Virus record (IMG/VR): IMGVR_UViG_3300036805_000178 | Span: 1-62,394 of that record | Origin: a virus | Taxonomy: Duplodnaviria > Caudoviricetes | Reading direction: 5' to 3' (one strand) | DNA: 62,394 nucleotides | Shown here: positions 46,082 to 55,004 of the stretch, piece after piece | How positions within the stretch are numbered: the stretch's first letter is position 1 | How the letters are laid out: every line of letters starts with the position of its first letter | Program-made: the position numbers and the translations under genes | The notes under the pieces: model-generated | What the model was told of the DNA's origin: nothing | Database searches by the model: none | The model's input: the letters and a program-made list of their open reading frames with translations, nothing else

Positions 46082-47139
46082 GCAGTGCGCGCGTGAAGGA
46101 AAAGTTCCTGTGGCACCCGGGCGATGTGCAGGTCACCCGGCCGCCGTCCCGGGCAGCCCACCAGCATTCGGTCACCTGGGATGACGTGGCCGCTGTTGTC
46201 GAGCTGTCCGCCAAGACCGCCATGCTTGAGGTGACCCCGGCCCCGTACGGCAAGCCGGGCGGTCCCGGCCTGTACGGGGTGGCCGGGAACAAGCACTCCG
46301 ACTACTTCGAGCAGATCGTGAAGGCCCTGACAGAGAAGCGGGGCATGGACAAGGGGAAGGCGTCGCAGGTTGCCTGGGGCGTGCTGCGGAAGTGGGCGGG
46401 CGGCGGCGGGAAGGTCCACCCCGAAGTGCGGGCCGCAGCAGCCGGGGCGCTGGCGAAGGAAGCGGCGGCAGGCGCGCTGGCCAAGGGGTCGCAGCACGCG
46501 GCATCCTGGGATCAGGTGAGCCGGGCTGTCGAGCTCGCTACGGTGATGGAGTTCTTCAACCCGGCTCAGCAGCGGGTGCCGGTGGGGCAACTCGGCGGCG
46601 GGCAGTTCGCCCCGGCTGGGAGCGGCGGGCAGGCGGCCGGCAAGCAGCAGCCGAAGGGCAAGACGGCAGCGAAGAAGCCGGACGCCCACCAGCTGCACGT
46701 CGCCCACGTTGCGCACGTGAACAAGGTGTCCACCCAGAAGGCCGGGCTGCTGGTCACCGCGCAGGATGACACGCAGAAGGCGAACGCGCTGATCAAGCAG
46801 CGGGACGTGCTGGCGAAGGAACTGGCCAGCGCGAGCGGTGCCACCTCCAGCGGTCAGTCCGGTTCGACTACCTCGTCGAACGCGACCACGTCATCGAGCG
46901 CGCCGGCCGCCGCCTCGACCACGGCCAGCACGGCAAGTACGGCGAGCACCAGCAGCCCGGCCAGCACCACGGCCAGCAGCACCCCGGCCGCGAGCACCCC
47001 GGCCGCGAGCACGTCCACGTCCGCGTCCGCGGCGACCACGGCGGGCATCAAGGCGCAGATCTCGAAGCTGAACACGCAGATCACCCAGTTGCAGGCGGCC
47101 GCTAAGCAGGCGACGGCGCAGGCGGCGAAGCTGAAGTAA
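46078..47139 (+). CDS. Modular head-associated protein, Ser/Thr/Ala-rich
   Basis: Two WDx[LV]xx[VA]VEL motifs, FNPAQQRVP.GQ.GGGQF, coiled-coil end. Confidence 0.75.
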   Translation: MSSARVKEKFLWHPGDVQVTRPPSRAAHQHSVTWDDVAAVVELSAKTAMLEVTPAPYGKPGGPGLYGVAGNKHSDYFEQIVKALTEKRGMDKGKASQVAWGVLRKWAGGGGKVHPEVRAAAAGALAKEAAAGALAKGSQHAASWDQVSRAVELATVMEFFNPAQQRVPVGQLGGGQFAPAGSGGQAAGKQQPKGKTAAKKPDAHQLHVAHVAHVNKVSTQKAGLLVTAQDDTQKANALIKQRDVLAKELASASGATSSGQSGSTTSSNATTSSSAPAAASTTASTASTASTSSPASTTASSTPAASTPAASTSTSASAATTAGIKAQISKLNTQITQLQAAAKQATAQAAKLK

Positions 47140-47151
47140 GACCGCGAAGGC

Positions 47152-47249
47152 GGAGGGGGCTTAGCCGGGATGCCCGGACTAGGTCCCCTCCTGGCATGCT
47201 ACGGGCCGGGGGCACATGTTGCTTTGGCTGCTGACCGTGCCCCCGGCCC
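47152..47249 (+). terminator. Two GC-rich hairpins after the 46078 gene
   Basis: GGAGGGG...CCCCTCC stem; 13-bp perfect IR 47203-47215/47237-47249. Confidence 0.45.
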
Positions 47250-47364
47250 TGCGAAAGAACTTTAGCCACTTTGCGATGCACGTGCATCCGCACAGGAATC
47301 TGCACGGGAATCTGGTGTAACCTCCTGCCTAGGACAGTGGGCTGCTGGCCGGGGAAGGAAACCC

Positions 47365-48627
47365 GTGGCTGTCGCCACGCCCGCGCCCGAGCGAGCAGCA
47401 GGCCGCCGCATCCTCGCCGCCAAGGGCCTCGCGCTCGCTGACGGCTCCTTCCCTGTCCCGGATGCCGCCCACTGGGACAAGGCCCGGGAGGCGATCGGAC
47501 GGGTCGCCGATCCCGCCAAGCGCGCCCAGGTCGCCGCCCTGCTGCGGAAGACCGCCCCCCGGTTCGGCCGCACCCAGGCGCTGGGGGAGTCCTGGGCCGC
47601 CCCCGGCGGAAACGGCAGCTCCGACCAGGCGAACCCTGACCTCGGCATCTACCTTGCCGACGGCCCCGAGCCCTACCACCGCGACGCGGACGAGAACGTC
47701 CAGTGCCCCGCCTGCGGCAAGTACAACGACGCGGACGCCCGCTACTGCGACCAGTGCGGCAGCAAGCTCCCGGCGTCCGCCTTCGCCGACCTGTCCAACC
47801 CGCTCACGTTCTCCGAGACCCTCAAAGACGATCAGGGGCAGACGCTCACCTGCCCCGAGTGCGACTACTCCGGCCCCGCCTCCCGCTTCGGCGCGAACGG
47901 CGCCGGCCTCCAGGCGAAGCCGGGAGTCCTCCGCACCCCCGCGGGGAACACCGCCCAGGCTCGCGCCGGCGCCCCCCTGACCGTCCGGGGCGGCAGCGCC
48001 CGCACCCTGTCCAACACGGGCACCGCCACCGAACTCGCCGGCCCCCCCGCCGGCCGCCGGCACCCGGTTTCCAGTCCCCTCGACGTGCTCGTCACCCGCG
48101 GGGATAACGGGGCGGTCATCCGGCACCGTCAGGGCGGCGGGGAAATCGCGCAGATCCGCCGCAACGGCGACGGCACCTGGAATGCGGTCATGGGCGGGAA
48201 GAACCTGCCGCCGCACACCCACCAGCGGGCCGCGCTCATGGAAGCGGTCGGCACCTGGAACAAGAGCCTGTCCGCCCCGCGCCCGCAGGCATCGCCCCTC
48301 ATGCCGTCCCCGGTGCAGACCCCCCTGATGCAGCAGTACGGCATCCCCGCGGTCAAAAGCGCCGCGTTCGCCAACCCCGCCACCAGTTCCGCCTCCGGGC
48401 CCAGGGTCACTATGGCCGCGGGTTCCGGGAAGTACGACCCGGACGGTGACGGGGACAACGACGCCACCGTCGCCGGCGACACCGACAAAGACGGTCCCGG
48501 CGGCCTGTCCCCCCGCGGGCAGGCCATCTACAAGAAGCTGACCGCCAAGGGATTTCCCCCGGCGCGGGCCCTCGCGTTCGCCCGCAACGCCGAGAAGCGC
48601 ATGAACGCTGCCGGCAAGGCGGCCTGA
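47365..48627 (+). CDS. Head-module protein with zinc ribbons
   Basis: ALADGSFPVPD...AIGR; CPACG...CDQCG; CPEC. Confidence 0.75.
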   Translation: MAVATPAPERAAGRRILAAKGLALADGSFPVPDAAHWDKAREAIGRVADPAKRAQVAALLRKTAPRFGRTQALGESWAAPGGNGSSDQANPDLGIYLADGPEPYHRDADENVQCPACGKYNDADARYCDQCGSKLPASAFADLSNPLTFSETLKDDQGQTLTCPECDYSGPASRFGANGAGLQAKPGVLRTPAGNTAQARAGAPLTVRGGSARTLSNTGTATELAGPPAGRRHPVSSPLDVLVTRGDNGAVIRHRQGGGEIAQIRRNGDGTWNAVMGGKNLPPHTHQRAALMEAVGTWNKSLSAPRPQASPLMPSPVQTPLMQQYGIPAVKSAAFANPATSSASGPRVTMAAGSGKYDPDGDGDNDATVAGDTDKDGPGGLSPRGQAIYKKLTAKGFPPARALAFARNAEKRMNAAGKAA

Positions 48628-48631
48628 GGCA

Positions 48632-49993
48632 GTGACCGCCGCCCTCCTCACCCCGTTCCAGGAGACCGAAGCCGTCGAGCTCGGGAACCGGCAGTGGGTC
48701 AAGAAGATCCTCCCCGTCGGGCAGATCGACTACAAGGGCCGCACCCTGCACTTCACCCGGGACTACCTCGGCCGGCTGGCCGCCGCGTTCCAGTCCCGCG
48801 CCTACGACCAGGTGCCGTTCCAGCTCGCGGACGCGGCCAACACGCACACGAACGACCCGGAGCGGACCCGGGGCGAGATCACCGGGATGGAAGTGCGCGC
48901 CGACGGCCTCTACGTCACCGCGCAGGTCACCCCCGAAGGCGAGCAGGTGCTGACCGCCAACCCCCGGCTCGGGGTGTCCGCCCGGATCGTCGAGGACTAC
49001 GCCCGCAGCGACGGCCGGCACTTCCCCGTCGCGATCCAGCATGTCCTCGGCACCCTCGACCCCCGCATCCCCGGCCTGGGGGCGTGGGAGGCAATCGAGG
49101 CGTCCAGCCCGGTCCCCGGCATCACCTGGGACCTGACCGGCGGGGCCTTCACCAGCGAGAAAACCGCGAAGGCACAGCGCAAAGCCGCCAAGCGGGCAGG
49201 CAGGCACACCGAACCCGTCGGCGACGGCGCGGACAAGGAAGGGGCGCCTGCCATGGCGGACCTGAACAACCTCAACCCTGAGCAGCGGGAACGCCTCGAG
49301 GCGCTCCTCGCCCTGCCCGGCGAGCAGTTCACCGCGCTCGCCGCCGGCGGCGTCGTCCTGACCCCCGCCGAGCTCGCGGCCCTCACCAGCCCGGAGGGCG
49401 AAGAGAACGACGAGGGCGAAGAAGAAGACGAGGGCGACGGGGAGGGCGGGGAAGACCCAGCCGCCTGGGTCGACGGCCTGACCGGCGACCAACTCACCGC
49501 CCTCGAAGCCGAGTTCGAGACGCAGAACACCGCAAGCGAGCCCGGGTTCACCCCCGGTTACATGCCGGAAGGGGAACCCGTGGGCGCTGGCCTGTCCCGT
49601 GAGGCGCAGTTCGCGATCGACCTCGCGAACGCGAAGTCGGAGGAAACGGCCCGGGAACTGGCCGTCGTCACCGCCCGCCTCCGCGAGGAGGACTACCAGG
49701 CGGAGAAGCGGCGCCTGGCCGACCTCGGAGTCCCCCCCTACATCACCGAGCTGGCCAAGCCGCTGCTGGAAGGCGCCGGGCACGCGGTGGAGCTCGCCAA
49801 CGGCAAGACAGTCGACGCCGGGTCGGTCATGCGCCGGGTCCTGTCCGAGTACGCCCGGCAGGCGAGGCTCCTCGACCTCGACGTGGAGCTCGGCTCCCCG
49901 ATGGACGAGCCCGAGGGCGTCCGCCACCAGGAGGCCGAGCAGTCCCGCGAGGACGTGGTGAACCGCTTCAAGAACCTGACGGGCCTGAAGTGA
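48632..49993 (+). CDS. Mu gpI-like prohead protease with C-terminal scaffold (possible internal start ATG 49253)
   Basis: KILPVG.I.Y, H...P...RGEI, DGLY, GVSA, HVLGTLDPRIPGL; acidic helical C-terminal half with its own SD. Confidence 0.8.
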   Translation: MTAALLTPFQETEAVELGNRQWVKKILPVGQIDYKGRTLHFTRDYLGRLAAAFQSRAYDQVPFQLADAANTHTNDPERTRGEITGMEVRADGLYVTAQVTPEGEQVLTANPRLGVSARIVEDYARSDGRHFPVAIQHVLGTLDPRIPGLGAWEAIEASSPVPGITWDLTGGAFTSEKTAKAQRKAAKRAGRHTEPVGDGADKEGAPAMADLNNLNPEQRERLEALLALPGEQFTALAAGGVVLTPAELAALTSPEGEENDEGEEEDEGDGEGGEDPAAWVDGLTGDQLTALEAEFETQNTASEPGFTPGYMPEGEPVGAGLSREAQFAIDLANAKSEETARELAVVTARLREEDYQAEKRRLADLGVPPYITELAKPLLEGAGHAVELANGKTVDAGSVMRRVLSEYARQARLLDLDVELGSPMDEPEGVRHQEAEQSREDVVNRFKNLTGLK

Positions 49994-50193
49994 CCCGCTA
50001 CGTAGTGGCGGTGACCACCACCGTCGCCGGCTCCGGTTACGCGCAGCCCGCCCGCACGGTCGCCAAGGGCCAGGTCCTCGACCTGTCCGCAGCGGAAGTG
50101 ACCGCGATCGGCTCGGGGAACCTCCGCGCGGTGACTGCCAGCACCATGCACGACCAACTCGGCGAATCCGCCGGCGTAAGTAACGGCGACTGA
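49990..50193 (+). CDS. Small virion-associated protein
   Basis: YVV...KGQVLDL...IG.GNL...GESAGVSN. Confidence 0.7.
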   Translation: MTRYVVAVTTTVAGSGYAQPARTVAKGQVLDLSAAEVTAIGSGNLRAVTASTMHDQLGESAGVSNGD

Positions 50194-50206
50194 AGGGAAC
50201 GCGCCG

Positions 50207-50767
50207 ATGTCAGCGGTTCTGCCGCACCTCAAGACCGGCCCGGCTAACTACCAGGCCGCGGCCCTGGTTTACGGCGGCCAGTTTGTTGAGCCACACACCA
50301 TCACGGCCGGCACCACCGACCTGACGGTCACCCCATCCATCGCTAACGCGGCCGCCGGAGCGCTGAACGTCCTCGGTGTCGCCGGCACAGACGCGAACGT
50401 GATCAGCACCCAGACCGGTGCAGCGAACGCCTACGGCGAGCCGCTGATCGACATCTCCGTGCTCGGCGACTACGTGAGCGTCTACTACGGCGGCGTGGAC
50501 ATCTGGGTCTGGTACGGCGGCCAGGCCAAGCCGGGCGAGCTCCTGGTCGTCGGCGCGGCGTCGGGGGTGGGCTGCAACGGCACGGTGATCGGTAACGCCG
50601 AGACCCCGTACGGCGGTTCGACGGGCGCCCAAGCCATCACGGTCACCTACGGCAACATCGTCGGCCGCTGCACCCACCCGGGCGGGGTTTCGTCCGGGAT
50701 GCTCACCCAGCAGATCGGCGGCTCCGGCTCTGCAACCTACTTCCTGGGCCGGGCCCGGGTTTTCTGA
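50207..50767 (+). CDS. Head decoration/cement-like protein
   Basis: Between scaffold and major capsid protein; VLGVA..DA, G.LLVV.A.G, IVGRC. Confidence 0.65.
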   Translation: MSAVLPHLKTGPANYQAAALVYGGQFVEPHTITAGTTDLTVTPSIANAAAGALNVLGVAGTDANVISTQTGAANAYGEPLIDISVLGDYVSVYYGGVDIWVWYGGQAKPGELLVVGAASGVGCNGTVIGNAETPYGGSTGAQAITVTYGNIVGRCTHPGGVSSGMLTQQIGGSGSATYFLGRARVF

Positions 50768-50781
50768 GAAGGGACTGACAG

Positions 50782-51693
50782 ATGCCGGTCGGCGCACGGG
50801 GATACAGTGATGGCCCCAGAATCACCGTCAACGAGCTCCTGAAAGACCCCCTGGTCATCCCGGCGCTCATCCTCGACATCACCCAGAACGAGTTCATCAT
50901 GGACTCCGTTCTGCGGATGGGCGGCGCTGCCCCCTCCGGCGCGGTCCGCTACTCGGAGTCGACGCCGCTGTACGCGGACGACTTCCCGGAGATCCGGGCG
51001 GAGTTCGGCGAGGTCCCGGTCGTGCCGACCTCGATCGGCACCCCGCGGGTCGTGTTCTCCCACGAACGCGCGATGGCGATCATGGTGTCGGACGAGATGC
51101 GCCGCCGGCAGGCCATCGACCCCGTGACCCGGCAGCTGATGCAGGTCAAGAACACGATGGTCTACTCGTGGAACACCGCGTTCTACAGCGCGGTGGTCGC
51201 CAACGCCAACATCCAGACCCTGGCGGTGGCCAACCCGTGGGCCTCGGCCGCGTCGACGATCCGCGCTGACCTCGCCCAGGCCGTGTACCTGGTCGAGAAC
51301 GCCAACATCGTGTCCCCCAACGGGGTCACCCAGTGGCTCGGCTTCGAAGCCGACACGCTGATCATCAACCACGGCACCAAGAACACCCTCCTGCAGTCCA
51401 GTACGTTCGCCGCCCCGTACATCGGCGACATCGCCTCGGAGAACCTGCAGTACACCGGCACCCTGCCGCAGAAGATCTTCAACCTCGACGTGCTCGTGTC
51501 CCGGCAGGTCCCCGCGGGCAACGCGATCATCATGCAGCGGCAGCGGGCCGGCTTCTACGCCGACGAGCTCCCGTTCGTCGCCGGACCCCTTTACCGGGAT
51601 GAGCCCCGAAAGGTCTTCCGGTCGGACACACAAAGGGCATCAGCCATCGGATTGGACCAACCCGCCGCAATTGCGCTTTTGAGCGGCGTCTGA
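50782..51693 (+). CDS. Major capsid protein
   Basis: 303 aa after protease/decoration; ITVNELLKDP, AEFGEVPV, ASAIGLDQPAAIALLSG. Confidence 0.85.
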   Translation: MPVGARGYSDGPRITVNELLKDPLVIPALILDITQNEFIMDSVLRMGGAAPSGAVRYSESTPLYADDFPEIRAEFGEVPVVPTSIGTPRVVFSHERAMAIMVSDEMRRRQAIDPVTRQLMQVKNTMVYSWNTAFYSAVVANANIQTLAVANPWASAASTIRADLAQAVYLVENANIVSPNGVTQWLGFEADTLIINHGTKNTLLQSSTFAAPYIGDIASENLQYTGTLPQKIFNLDVLVSRQVPAGNAIIMQRQRAGFYADELPFVAGPLYRDEPRKVFRSDTQRASAIGLDQPAAIALLSGV

Positions 51694-51696
51694 CCG

Positions 51697-52275
51697 ATGG
51701 CACCCGTAACCGAAACCCAGAAGGCCCGCCCGCTCACCGAGGACGAGAAGAAGGTCCTCCGCGAGCTGATGACCCGGGAGAACGCCTGGGCCGGCCCGGA
51801 TGTCCGGGTCGGTGAGCTGTACGAGGCGCTGGTGAACCTGTCGGTGCCGCGCCGCGGCGACGTGGACCGCCAGTGCGACCTGGTCCGCCGGGGCGAGACG
51901 CTTTACCTGACCGAGGAAGAGGCGCGGCAGTTCAACCGCCACGACGGCACCGCCGGCCGTCAGGTTGAGGTGGTCCGCAAGCTTAGCGGCCCGGACGGCA
52001 GCCGTGAGGCGCTGCCGGCGGTTCCGCCCCGGGCGCTGTCGGGGCGGGTGTTCCGCCCGCAGGCCCCGGTGCCGGGAACAGACGGGCCGCGGCCGGACCC
52101 GGCGGGCAGCTCGCGGGTCGAGTACCTGGATGACGCCCCCGTCCCGGAGCGGGACCAGCCGCAGCCTGACCCGGCGCACGCCGCGGACGTGCTGCGGTCC
52201 GAGCTCACCCCGGATGCGGTGGACCTTCCGCCGCGCCGCGGCCCCGGGCGCCCGCGCGCCAACGGGGGCGCGTAG
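51697..52275 (+). CDS. Hypothetical virion-module protein
   Basis: Directly after the capsid gene. Confidence 0.7.
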   Translation: MAPVTETQKARPLTEDEKKVLRELMTRENAWAGPDVRVGELYEALVNLSVPRRGDVDRQCDLVRRGETLYLTEEEARQFNRHDGTAGRQVEVVRKLSGPDGSREALPAVPPRALSGRVFRPQAPVPGTDGPRPDPAGSSRVEYLDDAPVPERDQPQPDPAHAADVLRSELTPDAVDLPPRRGPGRPRANGGA

Positions 52276-52278
52276 CCG

Positions 52279-52893
52279 ATGGCTGATGCCGGTTCCGCGA
52301 TCCAGCCGGCGAGGCTGAAACTGCAGTGCCCCCGCTGCCGGTTCCCTTCGCATTTCGTGCCGCTCGCGGCCCTGGTGTTCCGCTGTACCCGGTGCGAGTG
52401 GCCGTTCACCCTCGCCGCGGCGTCGGTGAGCACCCCGGCGGTCCCGGCGACGACGGTAGCCGCGGCCAACAGCACGGGCACGGTTGTGGCGGTGACGATC
52501 TCCAATGGCACCCTGACCTCGGTTGTGGTGAACGGGTCGCAGGCGGGGACCACCGCGGGCACCTACCTGGTTCCGGTGGGCGGCACGATCAGCATCACCT
52601 ACACGGCGGCTCCGACGTGGGCGTGGGCACTTCCCGTCACCAGCGCTGCGGTACTCGCGGGCGGGACGGCGCTGCCGTTCACCGCGGGCGGCACTGCCTT
52701 CACCGTAAACCAGTCGCTGATCGTCGACCCGGCGGGCACCAGTGACCTGGTGGTCGTGAACGGCGCCCCAACCGGGACCAGCGTGCCGGTCGGCGCGCTC
52801 AACTCGGCGCACGCCTCGGGCGTGAGCGTGACGGTCGCGCAGGCGTCCCCGCAGCTGTCCGGCGTCGAAGCAGTCCCGCAGAACGCGTACTGA
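52279..52893 (+). CDS. Beta-rich structural protein with N-terminal Zn-ribbon
   Basis: CPRC...CTRC; PAVPATTV...GGTISITY.AAPTW.W domain. Confidence 0.7.
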   Translation: MADAGSAIQPARLKLQCPRCRFPSHFVPLAALVFRCTRCEWPFTLAAASVSTPAVPATTVAAANSTGTVVAVTISNGTLTSVVVNGSQAGTTAGTYLVPVGGTISITYTAAPTWAWALPVTSAAVLAGGTALPFTAGGTAFTVNQSLIVDPAGTSDLVVVNGAPTGTSVPVGALNSAHASGVSVTVAQASPQLSGVEAVPQNAY

Positions 52894-52908
52894 GAGGGAG
52901 GTGACCAG

Positions 52909-53211
52909 ATGGCGCTGAGCAGGTTCGTGATCGGAACTACGGTCACCCTTTCCGCGGGGACGCTAACCGCCGACGCCAACGGATTCGGACTGGGCGGATA
53001 CAGCGGTGCTGCAGGTCCGCCCATTCAGTGGGGTGCCGGGTTCCCTACGGAATTCCTCGCGGGTACGGCGATCTACCTGGACGGCGGAACGCCGGCTGTC
53101 CCGGCGACGGGTCCGCAGCAGCTCTATGCCGCGCTTGTGGCAACGGGTGCGAATCTCTTCGCGTTTCGTGACGGCACCGACACTATCGGACACGCTGCGA
53201 CATCAAACTGA
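52909..53211 (+). CDS. Small virion-associated protein
   Basis: GGAGG RBS; ends DTIGHAATSN. Confidence 0.7.
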   Translation: MALSRFVIGTTVTLSAGTLTADANGFGLGGYSGAAGPPIQWGAGFPTEFLAGTAIYLDGGTPAVPATGPQQLYAALVATGANLFAFRDGTDTIGHAATSN

Positions 53212-53226
53212 TTGGAAGTGTCCGTT

Positions 53227-53808
53227 ATGCTCCAGCAGCCAGCAGTTCCGGCCAGCACCGTTGCCTACACCAATGCCACCAGCCAGACCGCCTACGTCAC
53301 GGTGGCCGGCGGCACCGTGACCAGCATCAACGTCAACACCACGCAGGTGGCGACTGCCACGAACTTCACCGCTGCCGTCCCGGCGGGCGGTACGATCGCG
53401 GTCACCTACTCGGCCGCCCCCGCCTGGTACTGGTCGGTGTTCACCCCCGCAGTTCCCGCGACCACGGTTCCCGTCCTCAACCCGACGGGGCAGGACATCA
53501 GCATCGGCCTGTCCGGCGGCACCGTCACCCACGTGAACGTGAACGGCACCGACCGGGCCACCTCGAGCCCGGCGAACGTGATGCTCCCCGCCGGCGGGTC
53601 GGTCACCCTGACCTACTCCGCCGCCCCGGTGTGGACGTGGCAGAACTTCCCCGACTTCGCCGGCAGCGACTCGCTCGGCACCGCCTACGCGGCCGGCAAC
53701 ACGGTTCCCGCGTCCGGGGTCGCGGGCTACTCGCCGGTCAACGACCTGCCGTACGCGGCCCACGCCGAGGGCGGCTTCCCGGGCTTCGCGGTCGGGGTGA
53801 GCAACTGA
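53227..53808 (+). CDS. Beta-rich structural protein with two tandem PAVPA...AAP.W.W domains
   Basis: Internal duplication; domain shared with the 52279 protein. Confidence 0.75.
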   Translation: MLQQPAVPASTVAYTNATSQTAYVTVAGGTVTSINVNTTQVATATNFTAAVPAGGTIAVTYSAAPAWYWSVFTPAVPATTVPVLNPTGQDISIGLSGGTVTHVNVNGTDRATSSPANVMLPAGGSVTLTYSAAPVWTWQNFPDFAGSDSLGTAYAAGNTVPASGVAGYSPVNDLPYAAHAEGGFPGFAVGVSN

Positions 53809-53996
53809 TGGCCGTCCGGACCTACGTCGTGCAGGCGGACTGCACCGTCCGCGGCGAGCCGGTCCGCAAGGGCTCCCTGGTCGCCCTCGACCTCGGCGAC
53901 AGCGAACTGGCCGGCCAGTACGGTCCCGGCAACCTGCAGCCGCTCCCGTCCGACCAGTCCGGCGACGACGCCGGCCATTCCGCCCTGGAGAACTAG
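53808..53996 (+). CDS. Small virion-associated protein
   Basis: YVV...RKGSLV.LD...YGPGNL...DDAGHSALEN. Confidence 0.7.
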   Translation: MAVRTYVVQADCTVRGEPVRKGSLVALDLGDSELAGQYGPGNLQPLPSDQSGDDAGHSALEN

Positions 53997-53998
53997 GC

Positions 53999-54271
53999 AT
54001 GGCCGCGAACCCGAGGATCGTCCGCGAGACCGTCACCGTCACCTGGGACGGGGGACCGCAGCGGCTCGTCAAGGGCCAGGTCATCGATGTGCCCCCCGGC
54101 TCCGCGCTCGAGCAGGCGATCGGCGCGGGCCGGCTGGAGCCGCTGTTCCGGCCCGGGTCAACCGCGATCGCCCCGCAAGCCGAAGCTGAGGAGGACACGG
54201 GCACCCAGGCACCCGCGGCCCGCAAGAGGGCACCGCAGGACAAGGACAGCGACGAGAAGGGCACCCCATGA
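53999..54271 (+). CDS. Small virion-associated protein
   Basis: KGQVIDV...AIGAGRL, similar to the 49990 protein. Confidence 0.7.
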   Translation: MAANPRIVRETVTVTWDGGPQRLVKGQVIDVPPGSALEQAIGAGRLEPLFRPGSTAIAPQAEAEEDTGTQAPAARKRAPQDKDSDEKGTP

Positions 54272-54462
54272 CTACCCCTGCCCCCCAGCCTGCCGTCACC
54301 CCCGGGGTGTGGACGCTGCGCCGGATCCTGCTCGCCGTCAGCGCCGCCTTGTTCGTCATCGCCGCGTTCGCCGCCGGCGGCGACGAGATCGGGGACATTA
54401 CTGCCTGGACGTGGGGTTTCGCCGGGTTCGCCGCCTGGGTGCTGTCCGGGGCGGTGCCGTGA
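54268..54462 (+). CDS. Small two-TM membrane protein
   Basis: Two hydrophobic segments. Confidence 0.6.
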   Translation: MTTPAPQPAVTPGVWTLRRILLAVSAALFVIAAFAAGGDEIGDITAWTWGFAGFAAWVLSGAVP

Positions 54463-55004
54463 CCACCCCGGCCGCGTCGGGCACGCTGTACGCCACCGTG
54501 CAGGACCTGGTCCTGAGCGTGTCCGGCACCGACTCCGGAATAGGTACTCCCGCGCAGCTGACATCCGCGCAGCTTGAGCTTGCCCTGTACCGGGCGAGCA
54601 ACACCGTCAGCGTGTACGCGGGCAGCATCTACGACAACTCGACCCCGCAGGCGAGCCCGCCGGGCATCCTGCATGACCTGGCACTCGACCTGGCCGGGTT
54701 CTGGGCGTGGCGCACCTACCTCAAGGGCAAGGAAATCCCGGCCACCCACCCGGCCTACATCGCCTACCAGAACGCGATGCAGATGCTGGAGGCGGTCCGG
54801 ACCGGCCAGATCGTGCTCGACGTGGCGGCCGCCCCCGGTGTCGGCGCGGAGGTCGGCACCGTGATCAACCGGCTCCCGCGGGTCTTCACCGGCGAAGACT
54901 CGAACACGCGCCTCGGGAATGACGGAATCCTCGAGGCGGACAGCCCGTTCTGGACGCCCCGCACGGGCGGCCTTTTCGGCGACGGAGAGGTCTACCAGGG
55001 GTGA
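54459..55004 (+). CDS. Head-tail adaptor (Mu gp36-like)
   Basis: YATVQDL...AL..AS..V..Y...P..L..LA.DLA...YQNAMQMLEAV..G.I.L. Confidence 0.75.
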   Translation: MTTPAASGTLYATVQDLVLSVSGTDSGIGTPAQLTSAQLELALYRASNTVSVYAGSIYDNSTPQASPPGILHDLALDLAGFWAWRTYLKGKEIPATHPAYIAYQNAMQMLEAVRTGQIVLDVAAAPGVGAEVGTVINRLPRVFTGEDSNTRLGNDGILEADSPFWTPRTGGLFGDGEVYQG

